From Acidobacteriota bacterium (lineage in GTDB: Bacteria > Acidobacteriota > UBA890 > WLXD01), in contig CBDBHB010000009.1 in NCBI GenBank assembly GCA_965205505.1, positions 1,152,001-1,216,000 of the forward strand: a stretch of DNA of 64,000 nt, in the 5' to 3' direction. Of this stretch, positions 38,736 through 48,867 are shown in pieces. The notes below the pieces were generated by a model, which ran no database searches, was not told where the DNA came from, and was given only the letters and a program-made list of their open reading frames with translations. The stretch's first letter is position 1, and each line of letters begins with the position of its first letter. The position numbers were made by a program, and so were the translations under genes.

Positions 38736-39782
38736 TCATGCTGCTGAAACCTCTACAGGTGCGCGCAACGGTTCGTACTCGTCTCCACTCAGCCACAGTC
38801 GGTGCAGCACAACGGCGAGCTTACGGGCGACAGCAACTGCTGCCTTTTTGTTGCCATGAGGACCACCGCGTCCGGCCAGCTTGAGCCCCCAGCGTCTGAG
38901 CTCAGTATCGGGCCCGAAGGGGCCCAGGATGTAATGCGCCGAGCCCACCAACAGGCGTCGGAGCATTTTGTCGCCCGCCTTGGTTATTCGTAGCGCAGGG
39001 TCCTTGTCCCCCGACTGCCGTTTCTTCGGTCTCAGTCCCAGGTACGGGCCCACGGCTCTGGAGGTATTGAACCGCTCCGGCTCCTCGAGCGTCAGCACAT
39101 ACGCCAGTGCGGTCAGAGCTCCGACCCCGGCCACTTGCTGGAGCTGCTGTGTCTCCGGGTATCGCCCCTGGCACAGCTGCACGATCTGACGCTCGTATTG
39201 CTGGATGTTGCCCGTCAGCATGGCGATCGTTTCAAGCACCGGCTCGAGCGCTCCCTTGAGCCGCTCCGGTATGTGCTCTGGCGCGGTGCGCGCGAACGCC
39301 GGCGTCGAGCACCTGGGAATACGACAACCGGCCGACTTGACCGCACCACGCACATGGCTCACCAACTGCGTGCGGCTCTTTACCAGAGCATCTCGGCTCC
39401 GAATCACGGCTAGATCCGCTCGCGCTTGTCTGCCTCGATGCTGCACCGTCTTAAGCAGCTTTGGGTCCATTCTGCCCACTCGTGCCAGGTGCTCGGCATC
39501 CAACCGGTCGGTCTTGTCGTGCTCGCCATAGATCAGCTTCAGCCGCCTCGGGTTAGCCACCAGCACCTCATGACCCAGTTGCTTCAACTGCTCACTCATC
39601 CACGGCGAGTGCGTTCCAACCTCCAGCACTACTCGAGCGGGCTCCTCGCACCCGAACCGCCTCGCCAGCCCCTCCGGGCTCGTCCTCACCCGCCCTTCCT
39701 CCATCACCCTGCCCTTACTGTCGAGCACGCACATACGGCTGTACCGGTCGCTTACGTCCAGTCCAATCGTTACACTCCTCAT
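38736..39782 (-). CDS. IS110-family DEDD recombinase/transposase
   Basis: IGLDVS, VVLEVG, KTDRLDAE, GVG-LTA, YLGLRP--RQSG, ITKAG and VAVARKLA motifs. Confidence 0.96.
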   Translation of the reverse strand: MRSVTIGLDVSDRYSRMCVLDSKGRVMEEGRVRTSPEGLARRFGCEEPARVVLEVGTHSPWMSEQLKQLGHEVLVANPRRLKLIYGEHDKTDRLDAEHLARVGRMDPKLLKTVQHRGRQARADLAVIRSRDALVKSRTQLVSHVRGAVKSAGCRIPRCSTPAFARTAPEHIPERLKGALEPVLETIAMLTGNIQQYERQIVQLCQGRYPETQQLQQVAGVGALTALAYVLTLEEPERFNTSRAVGPYLGLRPKKRQSGDKDPALRITKAGDKMLRRLLVGSAHYILGPFGPDTELRRWGLKLAGRGGPHGNKKAAVAVARKLAVVLHRLWLSGDEYEPLRAPVEVSAA

Positions 39783-39879
39783 CGGCCAACCTCCTTGGGC
39801 TTCGAGCCCGTTACGTTTGAAGAAACGTTTGCAGAGCCGTCAGGCTACTGCGTTCAGGAGGTTGGCCTTCTCATCTCAT

Positions 39880-39924
39880 CTAGCAGGCCTTGGCGGAAGT
39901 GTGGCGGACCTGGTTGCCTGCTAG
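39880..39924. repeat. Collapsed 45-bp copy of the CTAGCAGGCC-type element
   Basis: CTAGCAGGCCTTGGCGGAAGTGTGGCGGACCTGG resembles the TIR at 42504 and is closed by GCCTGCTAG. Confidence 0.75.
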
Positions 39925-39962
39925 GTCTGTCGAATTGTTTTGATCATCCTTTGGAGCCACCG

Positions 39963-41516
39963 ATGCCCGGACATCACCGCACGATCGCGCTTGCCATATC
40001 AGCGTTGCTGGCGGGCTGCAGTGGCGGCACACAAAACCCGTTTGCGGACAAGCTCACCAACGTCGATCCATCGTGGGCGGTAACTGCCGACGAGGGTTAC
40101 GAGTGGGCGCTGGTCAAGGACGCCAACCTGCCGGCGATGACCGGTAGCCCGGAATGGAACAACTACGTCGGGTTCCTGGAAGACAAGCTCCTGGAGTACG
40201 GCGTCGTCGACATGCACCGCAACAGCTGGATGTACGACCGGTGGTCCACAACGAAGGACAACAGCGGCTGGTCGCTGGTTTCAGATGGGGAGCCGGTGCG
40301 AGTAGCTCACTACGCCATGAACTCCGGCAACACCGGCCCCGAGGGGATCACGGCCCAGATGATCTACTACGACCACGACAACCCGCCCGACTCCATCGAG
40401 GGCAAGATCGTGGTCTTTCCGACGCGGCCGCACCCGGAGCCGCCCTACGACGACTACTACATCAAGAACTTCACCTTCAACGACTACGAGTGGCGCGCCA
40501 ACGACGACACGTATTGGGAGCTATTCGAGTTCGTGCCACCGGAGTTTTCCATCACCTTCGATATCTGGTGGCAGCTGCGGCAGAGCTTGTGGCGGATCGC
40601 AGTAGAGGGAGGTGCGGCGGGTCACGTCACCGTCTACGACATGGCCTTCGAGCGCACTGAAGGACTGGTGGCCCGGCCGATACCACCCCTGTACCAGTTG
40701 CCGGGGCTGCAGCTGAGTCGCGAGGATGGCGCCAAGGTGATCGCGGACGCCAGGGCGGGCAAGACGGCGACGCTGCGGCTGGAGGCCACGGTCGAGGAGT
40801 CGGAGGCCTACCAGACGATCGCCTACCTTCCGGGTCGCGACTACGGCACACCTGACGACGAGCAGATCCTGCTGATCAACCACACCGACGGTCCGTCGAT
40901 TACGCAGGACAACGGTGCGCTGGGTCTGCTGGCGATCGTCAAGTACTTTTCCAATATCCCGCGGGAGCATCGGCCGCGAACGCTCACCGTCTTCCTCGAC
41001 AACCGCCACTACTATCCAGGACAGGAGCGCGCGGCGCATGAGGTGAGCTGGCTGGAGCGCCATCCCGAGGCCAAGGAGCCTCTGGTGGGCATCATTCAGG
41101 CCGAGCACATGGGCGAGAACGACTACCGCGAAGTGGACGGCGTGGTGGAGCCGGTGGGGCTGGCCGAGCAGTCGTATCTCTGGTCGCGCAACAACCCGGT
41201 GCTCATCGACGCCGCGATCGCCGCCGCCCAAGAGCATGGCTGGGAGCGCGTGCAGGTGGCGGTACCCGAGCGTCCGGGAATTAACGACGGCCTGCAGCAG
41301 GTGTGGTGGGGGGTCGGATCCCGAGCGCAGCGGGGCTGCGCCACGTGCCTCGATCTACCCGGCTACGGCCTCGGCGGGTTTCTTGGTCTGTATTGGACAA
41401 CCGCGTCGGGTATCGAGCGCTGGAACAAGGGTCTGTTCGAAGACCAGGCACACACGATGACCCAGCTGACTGGCGTATTGATGACCGCTGACCTGGATGA
41501 AATCCGGCCTGAGTAG
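39963..41516 (+). CDS. PA-domain / M28-like Zn-peptidase-fold lipoprotein
   Basis: LAGC lipobox; SGNTGPEGITA, GKIVV, NHTDGP...DNG and AEHMG motifs. Confidence 0.6.
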   Translation: MPGHHRTIALAISALLAGCSGGTQNPFADKLTNVDPSWAVTADEGYEWALVKDANLPAMTGSPEWNNYVGFLEDKLLEYGVVDMHRNSWMYDRWSTTKDNSGWSLVSDGEPVRVAHYAMNSGNTGPEGITAQMIYYDHDNPPDSIEGKIVVFPTRPHPEPPYDDYYIKNFTFNDYEWRANDDTYWELFEFVPPEFSITFDIWWQLRQSLWRIAVEGGAAGHVTVYDMAFERTEGLVARPIPPLYQLPGLQLSREDGAKVIADARAGKTATLRLEATVEESEAYQTIAYLPGRDYGTPDDEQILLINHTDGPSITQDNGALGLLAIVKYFSNIPREHRPRTLTVFLDNRHYYPGQERAAHEVSWLERHPEAKEPLVGIIQAEHMGENDYREVDGVVEPVGLAEQSYLWSRNNPVLIDAAIAAAQEHGWERVQVAVPERPGINDGLQQVWWGVGSRAQRGCATCLDLPGYGLGGFLGLYWTTASGIERWNKGLFEDQAHTMTQLTGVLMTADLDEIRPE

Positions 41517-41607
41517 CGTTGGGTCCCCGGTTATTCCGGCAATCGAAGGCCGCTCCCGGAACGCGGATCTACGCGCACTTCAATCCCGACGACACCTCGG
41601 GCCTCGT

Positions 41608-42285
41608 CTATCGCTCCGCGGCAAAACAGTAGAAGAGCCCGTTTCCTCCTGTGCCGACGAGATTCTCTTGGCTGCAGCCCTGCGACGGATGCGCCATGTT
41701 CCACGGGCTGCCCGGCGTGGTGAACCTGAACCGGTCGTGGTGGCCCAGCATCGCGCTGCCCTCGCCGCTGCTTGTCCAGTTGCCGCAGGTCCGGTCGTCA
41801 CCCGGCGGAAAGGCGGTGCCGTCCAATCTCGACCCCGTCAGGATGTCGTGCATGCTCGGAGAGTCGCCCGATGCTCCGGAGTTCACACGCTCGCCCCGCT
41901 CGTTGAGCGCATACTCGTAGCGGATGTTGGCATTGTTGTAGTGGAGCTCGTCCGCATCGGAGGCGATCCCGAGCCCCATGGAGTTGGCCCAGGGACCCTC
42001 GCCGATCCGGTCCCGGGCGTTGATGGCCTGCTGGCCGCCCACTGCCTGGGTGCTCAGGTACGCCCGCCAGGTGCGGCCGCCGGCACCCACCGCCTCGGCG
42101 AGCGATTGACAGTGAGCATCCGCTCCCACCAGGCCCCCGAGATCGCCGCCGCTCCCCGGACCGACGCTGGTAATGAAGAAGCCCATCGGTTCCGTCTCGT
42201 GGTCTTGCTGCGCCGTGACCTGGACCGCCATCGCCAGCATCACCAGACCGAACACCGCGAACGTTGCATTTCGCTTGCCGCTCAT
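41608..42285 (-). CDS. Secreted lectin/endostatin-like domain protein
   Basis: Signal peptide; GDLGGLVGADAHCQSLA, WRAYLS, HDILTGS and GLFYCFA motifs. Confidence 0.75.
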   Translation of the reverse strand: MSGKRNATFAVFGLVMLAMAVQVTAQQDHETEPMGFFITSVGPGSGGDLGGLVGADAHCQSLAEAVGAGGRTWRAYLSTQAVGGQQAINARDRIGEGPWANSMGLGIASDADELHYNNANIRYEYALNERGERVNSGASGDSPSMHDILTGSRLDGTAFPPGDDRTCGNWTSSGEGSAMLGHHDRFRFTTPGSPWNMAHPSQGCSQENLVGTGGNGLFYCFAAER

Positions 42286-42503
42286 CCTCTTGCCTCCTGT
42301 TAAGCAGATCCGCCTAGCGCGGACTTCCCCGGTCGTCGCGGGGCCATCCACCGGCGTGCAACTCTCCGGGTCTCAGCCCATCGAGGCCGGACCCTCGCAT
42401 ATCGACCATATGCGCGGCAAGGGCATTGCATTGCATGTCTTTCTCCAGCCGGTGCAAGTCGACCATCTGAGCTTCGATGTCCAAGGAGCGCGAAAGACCT
42501 CGC

Positions 42504-42782
42504 CTAGCAGGCCGTGGTGAAAGTGTGGTGGGTCTGGCGACAGGGTCTTGCGAAGTGGAGGCAAGGAGAGAGGAGGAGGCGATGGTTACCCCATCGTTGA
42601 CGAGGAACGACGCAGCATACGCGCGCAACCCCCTGTCGCCCGAAGGGTTACGGCGAGTTGGGGCAATTTGCGGCGTTGGCCTTCCTCGACGATGGCTAGG
42701 GCATCGCCAGTGTCAGGCCGCCTTGCATCTGGCCCCAACTCGCCGTAACCAGACCCACCACACTTTCACCACGGCCTGCTAG
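42504..42782. mobile_element. 279-bp two-armed palindromic MITE-like element, copy 2
   Basis: Perfect 34-bp TIRs starting with CTAG (42504-42537, 42749-42782); two internal hairpin arms around CCCGAAGGG. Confidence 0.9.
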
Positions 42783-42956
42783 GCTGATTACCTCGAGCCA
42801 CAGGCGGGTTCGCCGCTCGTCGTCGCACGTCGTCCACGGCCCTGGCTGCCTGGTTTCGGAGAGCCGAGACTCGATTGCGCCGTGGCCTGCAACGTCATAA
42901 AACCCTCGTATCGTTTTTGTCTGGTCTCGAGGATTAGTTATTCAAGCTGCCGCGTG

Positions 42957-45332
42957 ATGCTGAGAACGTACACGCTCCACGCCCTGAGCTCGGCGCTATT
43001 ATTGACGGTTGGTTGCGGCGCGCCCGACCCGGTCGTGTTCGACTTTGCCGCCAACTTCGAGTTCGCAACCGTCCGTCCGGAAACACAGCTCATCAACCTC
43101 GGGCTGCCGGCGGCGCGCCCCCACTTGTTACATGGGTGGAGCAACGACGAGCTCTGGGCGGGCGAGATTCCTTTCGTGTGGGGCTTCTGGCCCGAGTCGG
43201 CTCTCGAGTTCTACACCTACGAGCCACGCGGCACGGTGATCTGGTTCCGGGGCCGCCCATCCGTCCCGATGGAGCGCGCGGAGGTTGCGGTCGATCTGGT
43301 GGTCAACGGTCACCATGTCTCCACGTTTTCGCTGCGCTCCGGCTTCCATGACTATCGCGTGCGCGTTCCGCGCCCACGGCTGCGCGTGGGTCGCAACGTG
43401 ATGCGCCTGCGATACAGGCACGCCGCCAAGGAGTTTCCTTCGTCGGCCGATAATCTCCGACCGAAACTGTCCGTCGCCTGGCAGCAAATCAGCATCGGTC
43501 CCGGGTTCTCCTCCGGGTCGGTGCGGGTCGATGACCGATCCCTCGAGATCCCGTTGCTGACGAGGGTCGAGTACTTCGTCGACGTTGCGCCGGGTGCGAC
43601 ACTGCGATGGGATCGAGCCTCGGTCCGAGGTGTGGCGAGCGGCAGCAGGGCACACACCTTGAGCGTCGAAGTCCTCTATGAGGACGGTAGCACGCCGGCT
43701 CAGGTCACCGAATTGACCGATTCGGAGCTGGCGTCGCCAGTCGAGGCGACACTGGATGGTCAGGGTGTGGCGCGTGTGTCGTTCCTGGCTTTGCCGACCG
43801 AGCGCACACCCGAGCGCGCCTCGGGGCTGCGCATCCACCGACCTGTGTTGACCGCGCCGGTCGCACCCGCACCGCCGAGACCGAGCGGCGCGGAGGCTGA
43901 GCTCATTGCCCAGCCGGCCGGGGAAACCGCCTACCCGGTTGTCCCCGGACGCAGCGCTTTGCCGGCAGCGCTGAGAGCTGCGATGCAAGCGAGCTCGGTG
44001 GACGGGCGGCCGCCGAACATTGTTGTTTACTTGGTGGATACGCTCCGTGCCGACCATCTCGGCGCCTACGGATATGAGCGCCCGACGAGTCCTTTCTTGG
44101 ACGCCATGAGCACCGAGGGGGTGATCTTCGACCACCCGATGGCGCAGTCCGGATGGACTCGAACCTCGGTAGCTTCGATTCTCACCGGCCTCGGGCCACG
44201 CTCCCACAGCGTGCTCAAGCGCGACGACAGCCTTTCCGCCGAAGCCGTAACGATGCAGAAGTTGCTCGGGCACAACGGCTATCAGACGTACGCCGTGATC
44301 ACCAACATCAACGTGACGTCCCGGTTCGGCTTTGACGTCGGATTCGATGCCGTGGAGGTCCTCCCGCTGCGGGTTCCCCTAGGCGCCAACCAGGGTGTCC
44401 AGGATGCCGAGTTGTCGGACCGGGTGAACGACCACTTCTTCGCATGGCTCGCAAGGCGCCAAACCGACCGGCCCTTCTTCGCTTACCTGCACACCATGGA
44501 CCCGCACCACCCATATACACCACCCGAGCCATATCGCTCGCGCTTCGTTGCTGATTCTCCGCTCGCTCGCAACTCCGATGGGCTGCTGATTCCCCACCTA
44601 CGCCAGCAGTTGCCGGGCTCTTCCATAGAAGAGGAAGTGCGTCTCGCAACGGACCTCTACGATGGCGAGATCGCCCACAACGACGCGCAGTTCGGGCTCA
44701 TGCTCGATCGCTTGCGAGAGCTCGGCATCTACGACTCGACCGTCATCGTGTTCATGTCCGATCACGGTGAAGAGTTCTACGACCACGGGGGATTCGGGCA
44801 CGGGCGGACGCTCTATTCAGAGATGATCTTCGTCCCGCTGGTGATCAAGTTCCCGGGCGGCTGGGCTGCCGGCACGCGCGTCACCGTCCCCGTTCAGCAT
44901 GTCGATCTCCTGCCGACGATTCTCGATCTGGTGGGTGAGCCCCCCCTGTCGGAGCACCATGGCGACAGCCTGGTGCCATTGGTTCTGAGCGCCGTCGAGG
45001 GCACCGAAGCCCCACGCTTTGCCGAGCGGCGCTTGCTGGCACACCTCGACCTGGACCAATGGCGCGTCGACAGCCTTTTGACGAGCGACCACCACCTCAT
45101 GGAGTGGTATCGCGGCGTGCCAGAGGTCGGCGGGGCAACCCAGCTGTTTCGGTGGCGTACCGACGCCAGTGAGCTGATGGACTTAATCGGTGAGTCTCCG
45201 GCGTCGATCGGCTATCTACGGCTTGTCTTGCAGGGCATGGTTTCCTCCCGAAAGCCGCTGCTCGAGTCGCCGGACGTGGTGATCGACGACGAGCTCGCTC
45301 GCTCGCTCCGTGCTCTTGGTTATCTCCAGTAG
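42957..45332 (+). CDS. Sulfatase-like (alkaline phosphatase superfamily) lipoprotein
   Basis: PNIVVYLVDTLRADHLG, WTRTSVASILTG, DPHHPY, SDHGEE and LRALGYL motifs. Confidence 0.88.
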   Translation: MLRTYTLHALSSALLLTVGCGAPDPVVFDFAANFEFATVRPETQLINLGLPAARPHLLHGWSNDELWAGEIPFVWGFWPESALEFYTYEPRGTVIWFRGRPSVPMERAEVAVDLVVNGHHVSTFSLRSGFHDYRVRVPRPRLRVGRNVMRLRYRHAAKEFPSSADNLRPKLSVAWQQISIGPGFSSGSVRVDDRSLEIPLLTRVEYFVDVAPGATLRWDRASVRGVASGSRAHTLSVEVLYEDGSTPAQVTELTDSELASPVEATLDGQGVARVSFLALPTERTPERASGLRIHRPVLTAPVAPAPPRPSGAEAELIAQPAGETAYPVVPGRSALPAALRAAMQASSVDGRPPNIVVYLVDTLRADHLGAYGYERPTSPFLDAMSTEGVIFDHPMAQSGWTRTSVASILTGLGPRSHSVLKRDDSLSAEAVTMQKLLGHNGYQTYAVITNINVTSRFGFDVGFDAVEVLPLRVPLGANQGVQDAELSDRVNDHFFAWLARRQTDRPFFAYLHTMDPHHPYTPPEPYRSRFVADSPLARNSDGLLIPHLRQQLPGSSIEEEVRLATDLYDGEIAHNDAQFGLMLDRLRELGIYDSTVIVFMSDHGEEFYDHGGFGHGRTLYSEMIFVPLVIKFPGGWAAGTRVTVPVQHVDLLPTILDLVGEPPLSEHHGDSLVPLVLSAVEGTEAPRFAERRLLAHLDLDQWRVDSLLTSDHHLMEWYRGVPEVGGATQLFRWRTDASELMDLIGESPASIGYLRLVLQGMVSSRKPLLESPDVVIDDELARSLRALGYLQ

Positions 45333-45411
45333 GATCTGTGCCCCTCACCCGGGTAGCGCTGCCGGCCGCCGCAACCTCCTTGTCCCAGCGACCCCATCGG
45401 GGCGGGCTCTC

Positions 45412-46758
45412 TCAGGCGTATCCGATCCATACGGCCACGACCAATGCGATCGAGCCGACGATCCAGATCTTCACCATGAAGGGCAGGATGAAGCGCAGCC
45501 AGCGGTCGTATGGGATTGCCGCCATGGCCAGGGCTCCGACGATCACGGCTTGGGTGGGAACCAGGATATTGCTGAACCCGTCGCCAAACTGGAAGGCCAG
45601 CACCGCCACCTGCCGGCTGACGCCCACGAAGTTGGCGAGGCTCTGAACGAAGAACATCCCCACGGCGGAAACGGCGCCTGGAAGCTGCTGCAGGGGAAGG
45701 CTGATGCCGTGGACCACTGTGTCCACGATGCCGCCCTCGTTCAGCACCACCTGGATGCCCCGCGCCACGCCGATCAGCAGGGCGGTGCTGGTGAGGCTCG
45801 CCGCGCCCGCGCCGAACTCCACCGCTGTGCGGTCGGGGCTCAGGCGGGCGATGATGGCAATGATCACCGTGAGGGCGACGAAGACTGCTTGCATCTCGAT
45901 CAGATACCAGCCCCGCTGGCTCAGCCCGTAGACAAGGACGATCTGCGAGATGCCAACGGCGGCCAGGACCAGCTTGTGCGTGGTGGTCATCGGAGGATGG
46001 TCTGCGCCGGCCTCTCCATCTCCGCCATTGGAGATCGGCACCACCCCTTCGGGCGCCTCAACGTCGGCCACCAGGCTCGCCGCCGGATCCCGCCCCACCT
46101 TCTTGGCATATGACCAGACGTGGTGAATGCCAATCGGCAGGAAGACGACCATGAGCACGACGCGGTACCAGAGCCCCGATGCGGGTTGGAGCCCCGCGAT
46201 GTCCTGCGCGAGAATAACGGTGAAGGGGTTGATGAGGGCAGCGCCGTAGCCGACGCCGTACCCGACCATGATGATCCCCACAGCCGTGATCCTGTCGTAT
46301 CCGAGGGCGAGAGACAGGGTGATGAGGACGGGTACGAAGGGGAAATACTCTTCGCCGAATCCGATGGTGCTCGACCCAACAGCGAACAGGGCAATTCCGC
46401 CGGCCACCAACCAGAAGGGTCGATCCCCCCAGCGCCTCAGAAGGGCTCCCAGAGCGGCATCCACCGCTCCCGTGGCCCGTAGAACGGCGAATGCGCCCCC
46501 GATGATGAAGACGAGGAAGATGATCTGGTGTGCTCCGCCGAGACCCTTGGGAATGGCCGTCAGGATGGCCAGCGGCGACAACGCCGGAGCGTCGGGGGTG
46601 AACTGGAAGCTGCCGGGCACCACCTGCAGTCGTCCGGCGGCATTCTCCACCCGTTCGAACTCCCCGGCGGGAAGCACGTATGAGAGGGCCTGGGCGAGGA
46701 TCACCATCGCGATGAGGATGACCAGAGTGTGTGGGACCTTGAGTCTGCTCTTCGTCAC
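45412..46758 (-). pseudogene. yfcC: YfcC/DcuC-family transporter with an in-frame internal deletion at 45627/45628
   Basis: KVPHT, LPAGEF, INPFTV and [13 protein letters not shown] motifs; the conserved F-x-PSGSGQA...MPIMAPL segment expected after QSLANF is absent. Confidence 0.7.
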
Positions 46759-48777
46759 GAGCCCTTCACGTATTTCTCGAACCAGGCGAGAAAGCGCTCC
46801 AGCAGGTCCTTCTGATAGCTATGCCGCCTGATGCCGTGGTGCGCGTCGGGGTAGACCACTAGCGAGGTCTCGCGGCCCAACTGCTTCATCGCCTGGTACA
46901 TCTGCTCGGAGTTGATGATCGGGACGTTCCAGTCCTTCTCGCCTCCTATGAAGAGCGTCGGCGTGGTGATGTTCTGGACCCTGTTGAACGGCGAAACTCT
47001 CTCCCACACCTCGCGGCTCTCCCAGGGCCGGCCGAGCTCCGTGTCGTACCAGTCCTGGTAGCGGTCGTGGCCGTAGTTGGTGATCCACAGCCCGTTACCG
47101 GCCCCGGAAACGGCGCCCGCGAACCGATCCGTTCTGGTGATCACGTCGTTCGTAAGCGTCCCTCCGTAGGACCAGCCGCCGATGCCGAGCCGATCGGGGT
47201 CGGCGTAGCCCAGCTCCACGACGTGGTCGGTGGCGGTGATCACGTCCTCGGAGTCGTGGGTGCCCCAGGCGCGAAAGTTCGAGAGCGTGAAGTCGAGCCC
47301 CCTGCCTCCCGATCCTCGAACGTTCGGCATCACCACCACGTAGCCGTTGGCGGCGAAGAGCTGTACCCGAAAATTAAAGCCGTAGTCGTACTGCGACTCC
47401 TGCCCGCCGTGAAGCCAGAGCAGGGTCGGGTGGCGGAGCGTCGGGTCGAACGAGCGCGGCTTGTAGACGAAGGCCTGGATCTCGGTTCCGTCGACGGCGG
47501 GGAAGCGCTCCTCCTCGGCGTCGGCCAGCGCGATCGTCTTCAGCAGCTCGTCGTTGACGTGCGTGAGGCGTCGTAGTCGCGGGGAGGCTGTGGGCTCGGC
47601 ATCGAGGGCAAACAGCTCGGCCGGCAACCGGGGCTCGCTGACCAGCGCCACGACGGTGCCGTCTGGACCCACGGTGGCCGTCTGCACCGCGCGCCGTCCG
47701 GCGATCGGCCGGCTCAAGCTGCCGTCGTCCACGGACACAGCGGCCAGATGGACCTGGCCCCAATCCTCGAGCAGCACGTAGATGTGTTCTCCGTCGGGCG
47801 CGAAACGTGGCGCGTACACCTTCCGGTCGAGGGACTCCGTGAGCAACGCGGGCTCGTCGTCACCGACCCGGATCACCGCTAGCTTCGTCTGCAGGTAGGC
47901 CAAGGCCATTTCGGGCCGGATCGTGGTGATGTAGGCGAGCCGCTCGCCGTCGGGGTGCCAGACTGGACTGTCGTCAGACCCGGGGTTGGAGGTCACCCGG
48001 ACCGGACTCTGGTCCTCGTGGGAGGCGTCCGGCTTCACCAGCCAGATGTCGCTGTTGTAGTTGGCGTCGGGCTCGTCGGTGCGGTTGCTGACGAAGGCGA
48101 TCACGCTCCCGTCCGGAGACCAGGTCGGATCGTAGTCCTCGTAGTCGCCCGAGGTGATCTGCACCCTGGCCTTCGTCTCGATGTCGAAGACATGGAGATG
48201 GGCGCGCTGACGATTCAGATAGCCCACATAGTCATCCTTGAACTGCAAACGGTCGATCACCCAGGGTCCGTCCGGGGGCCTCCCCCTGGCTGGGCTCCGG
48301 ATCGCGGATCAGGAGCACGAGTCGTTTACCATCGGGCGACCACTCGTAGGCCTCGACGCCCTGAACCACACTGGTGAGCTGGACGCGCTCCCCGCCGCTT
48401 CGGTCGAGCGTGAACACCTGTTGCCCGCTGTCGCCTTCCGACAGGAACGTCAGGTACTTGCCGTCGGGGCTCCATCTGGGCTGCCGCGAAGAGCTGCCTT
48501 TGGCCGTCATGGGCACCGCTTCGCCGCCGGAGGTCGAGACCACCCACAGCCGCGTTTCGGAACGGTCGTTCTCGAGATCTTTGGTCCCGACCGTGTAAGT
48601 GACCCAGGCGCCGTCTGGGCTGATGCGCGGGCTGCCCACGTTCTTCAGGGCGAAGTAATCATCGACCCGGAGATTACGGAGGGCGTCGGCGTCCTGCGCC
48701 AAGGCTCGCGTTCCCGAGCCCGCGCCGACCAGCAGCAACCCGAGCAAAGTGAGCCCGATGAGCGAACGTCTTCGCAT
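46755..48777 (-). pseudogene. S9-family peptidase (acylaminoacyl/dipeptidyl peptidase), frameshifted near 48275
   Basis: WSPDG propeller repeats, GWSYGG, DWNVP and HHG motifs; split between ORFs 48232-48783 and 46755-48260. Confidence 0.88.
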
Positions 48778-48867
48778 TGGCAATTGACCTCTCTGGCAGA
48801 CGGGCTGCTTGGTAGTGCGACGAGTCAGGCCAGCACCTGCAGGGCGCTGGAGTTGTCTATCTCTCCA

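Larger units (their letters stand above)
38476..39881 (-). mobile_element. IS110-family, IS1111-group insertion sequence
   Basis: 11-bp sub-terminal IRs ATGAGAAGGCC (38479-38489 and 39864-39874) lie 3 and 7 bp from the ends; CT core on both sides; long non-coding region downstream of the transposase. Confidence 0.9.

Noticed and set aside
39426-39962. N-terminal extension of the 696-aa ORF across the IS
   Set aside because: It is antisense to the transposase; the signal peptide and RBS point to 39963.
42314-42503. Short ORFs beside element copy 2
   Set aside because: No recognisable motif, and their starts fall inside the repeat.
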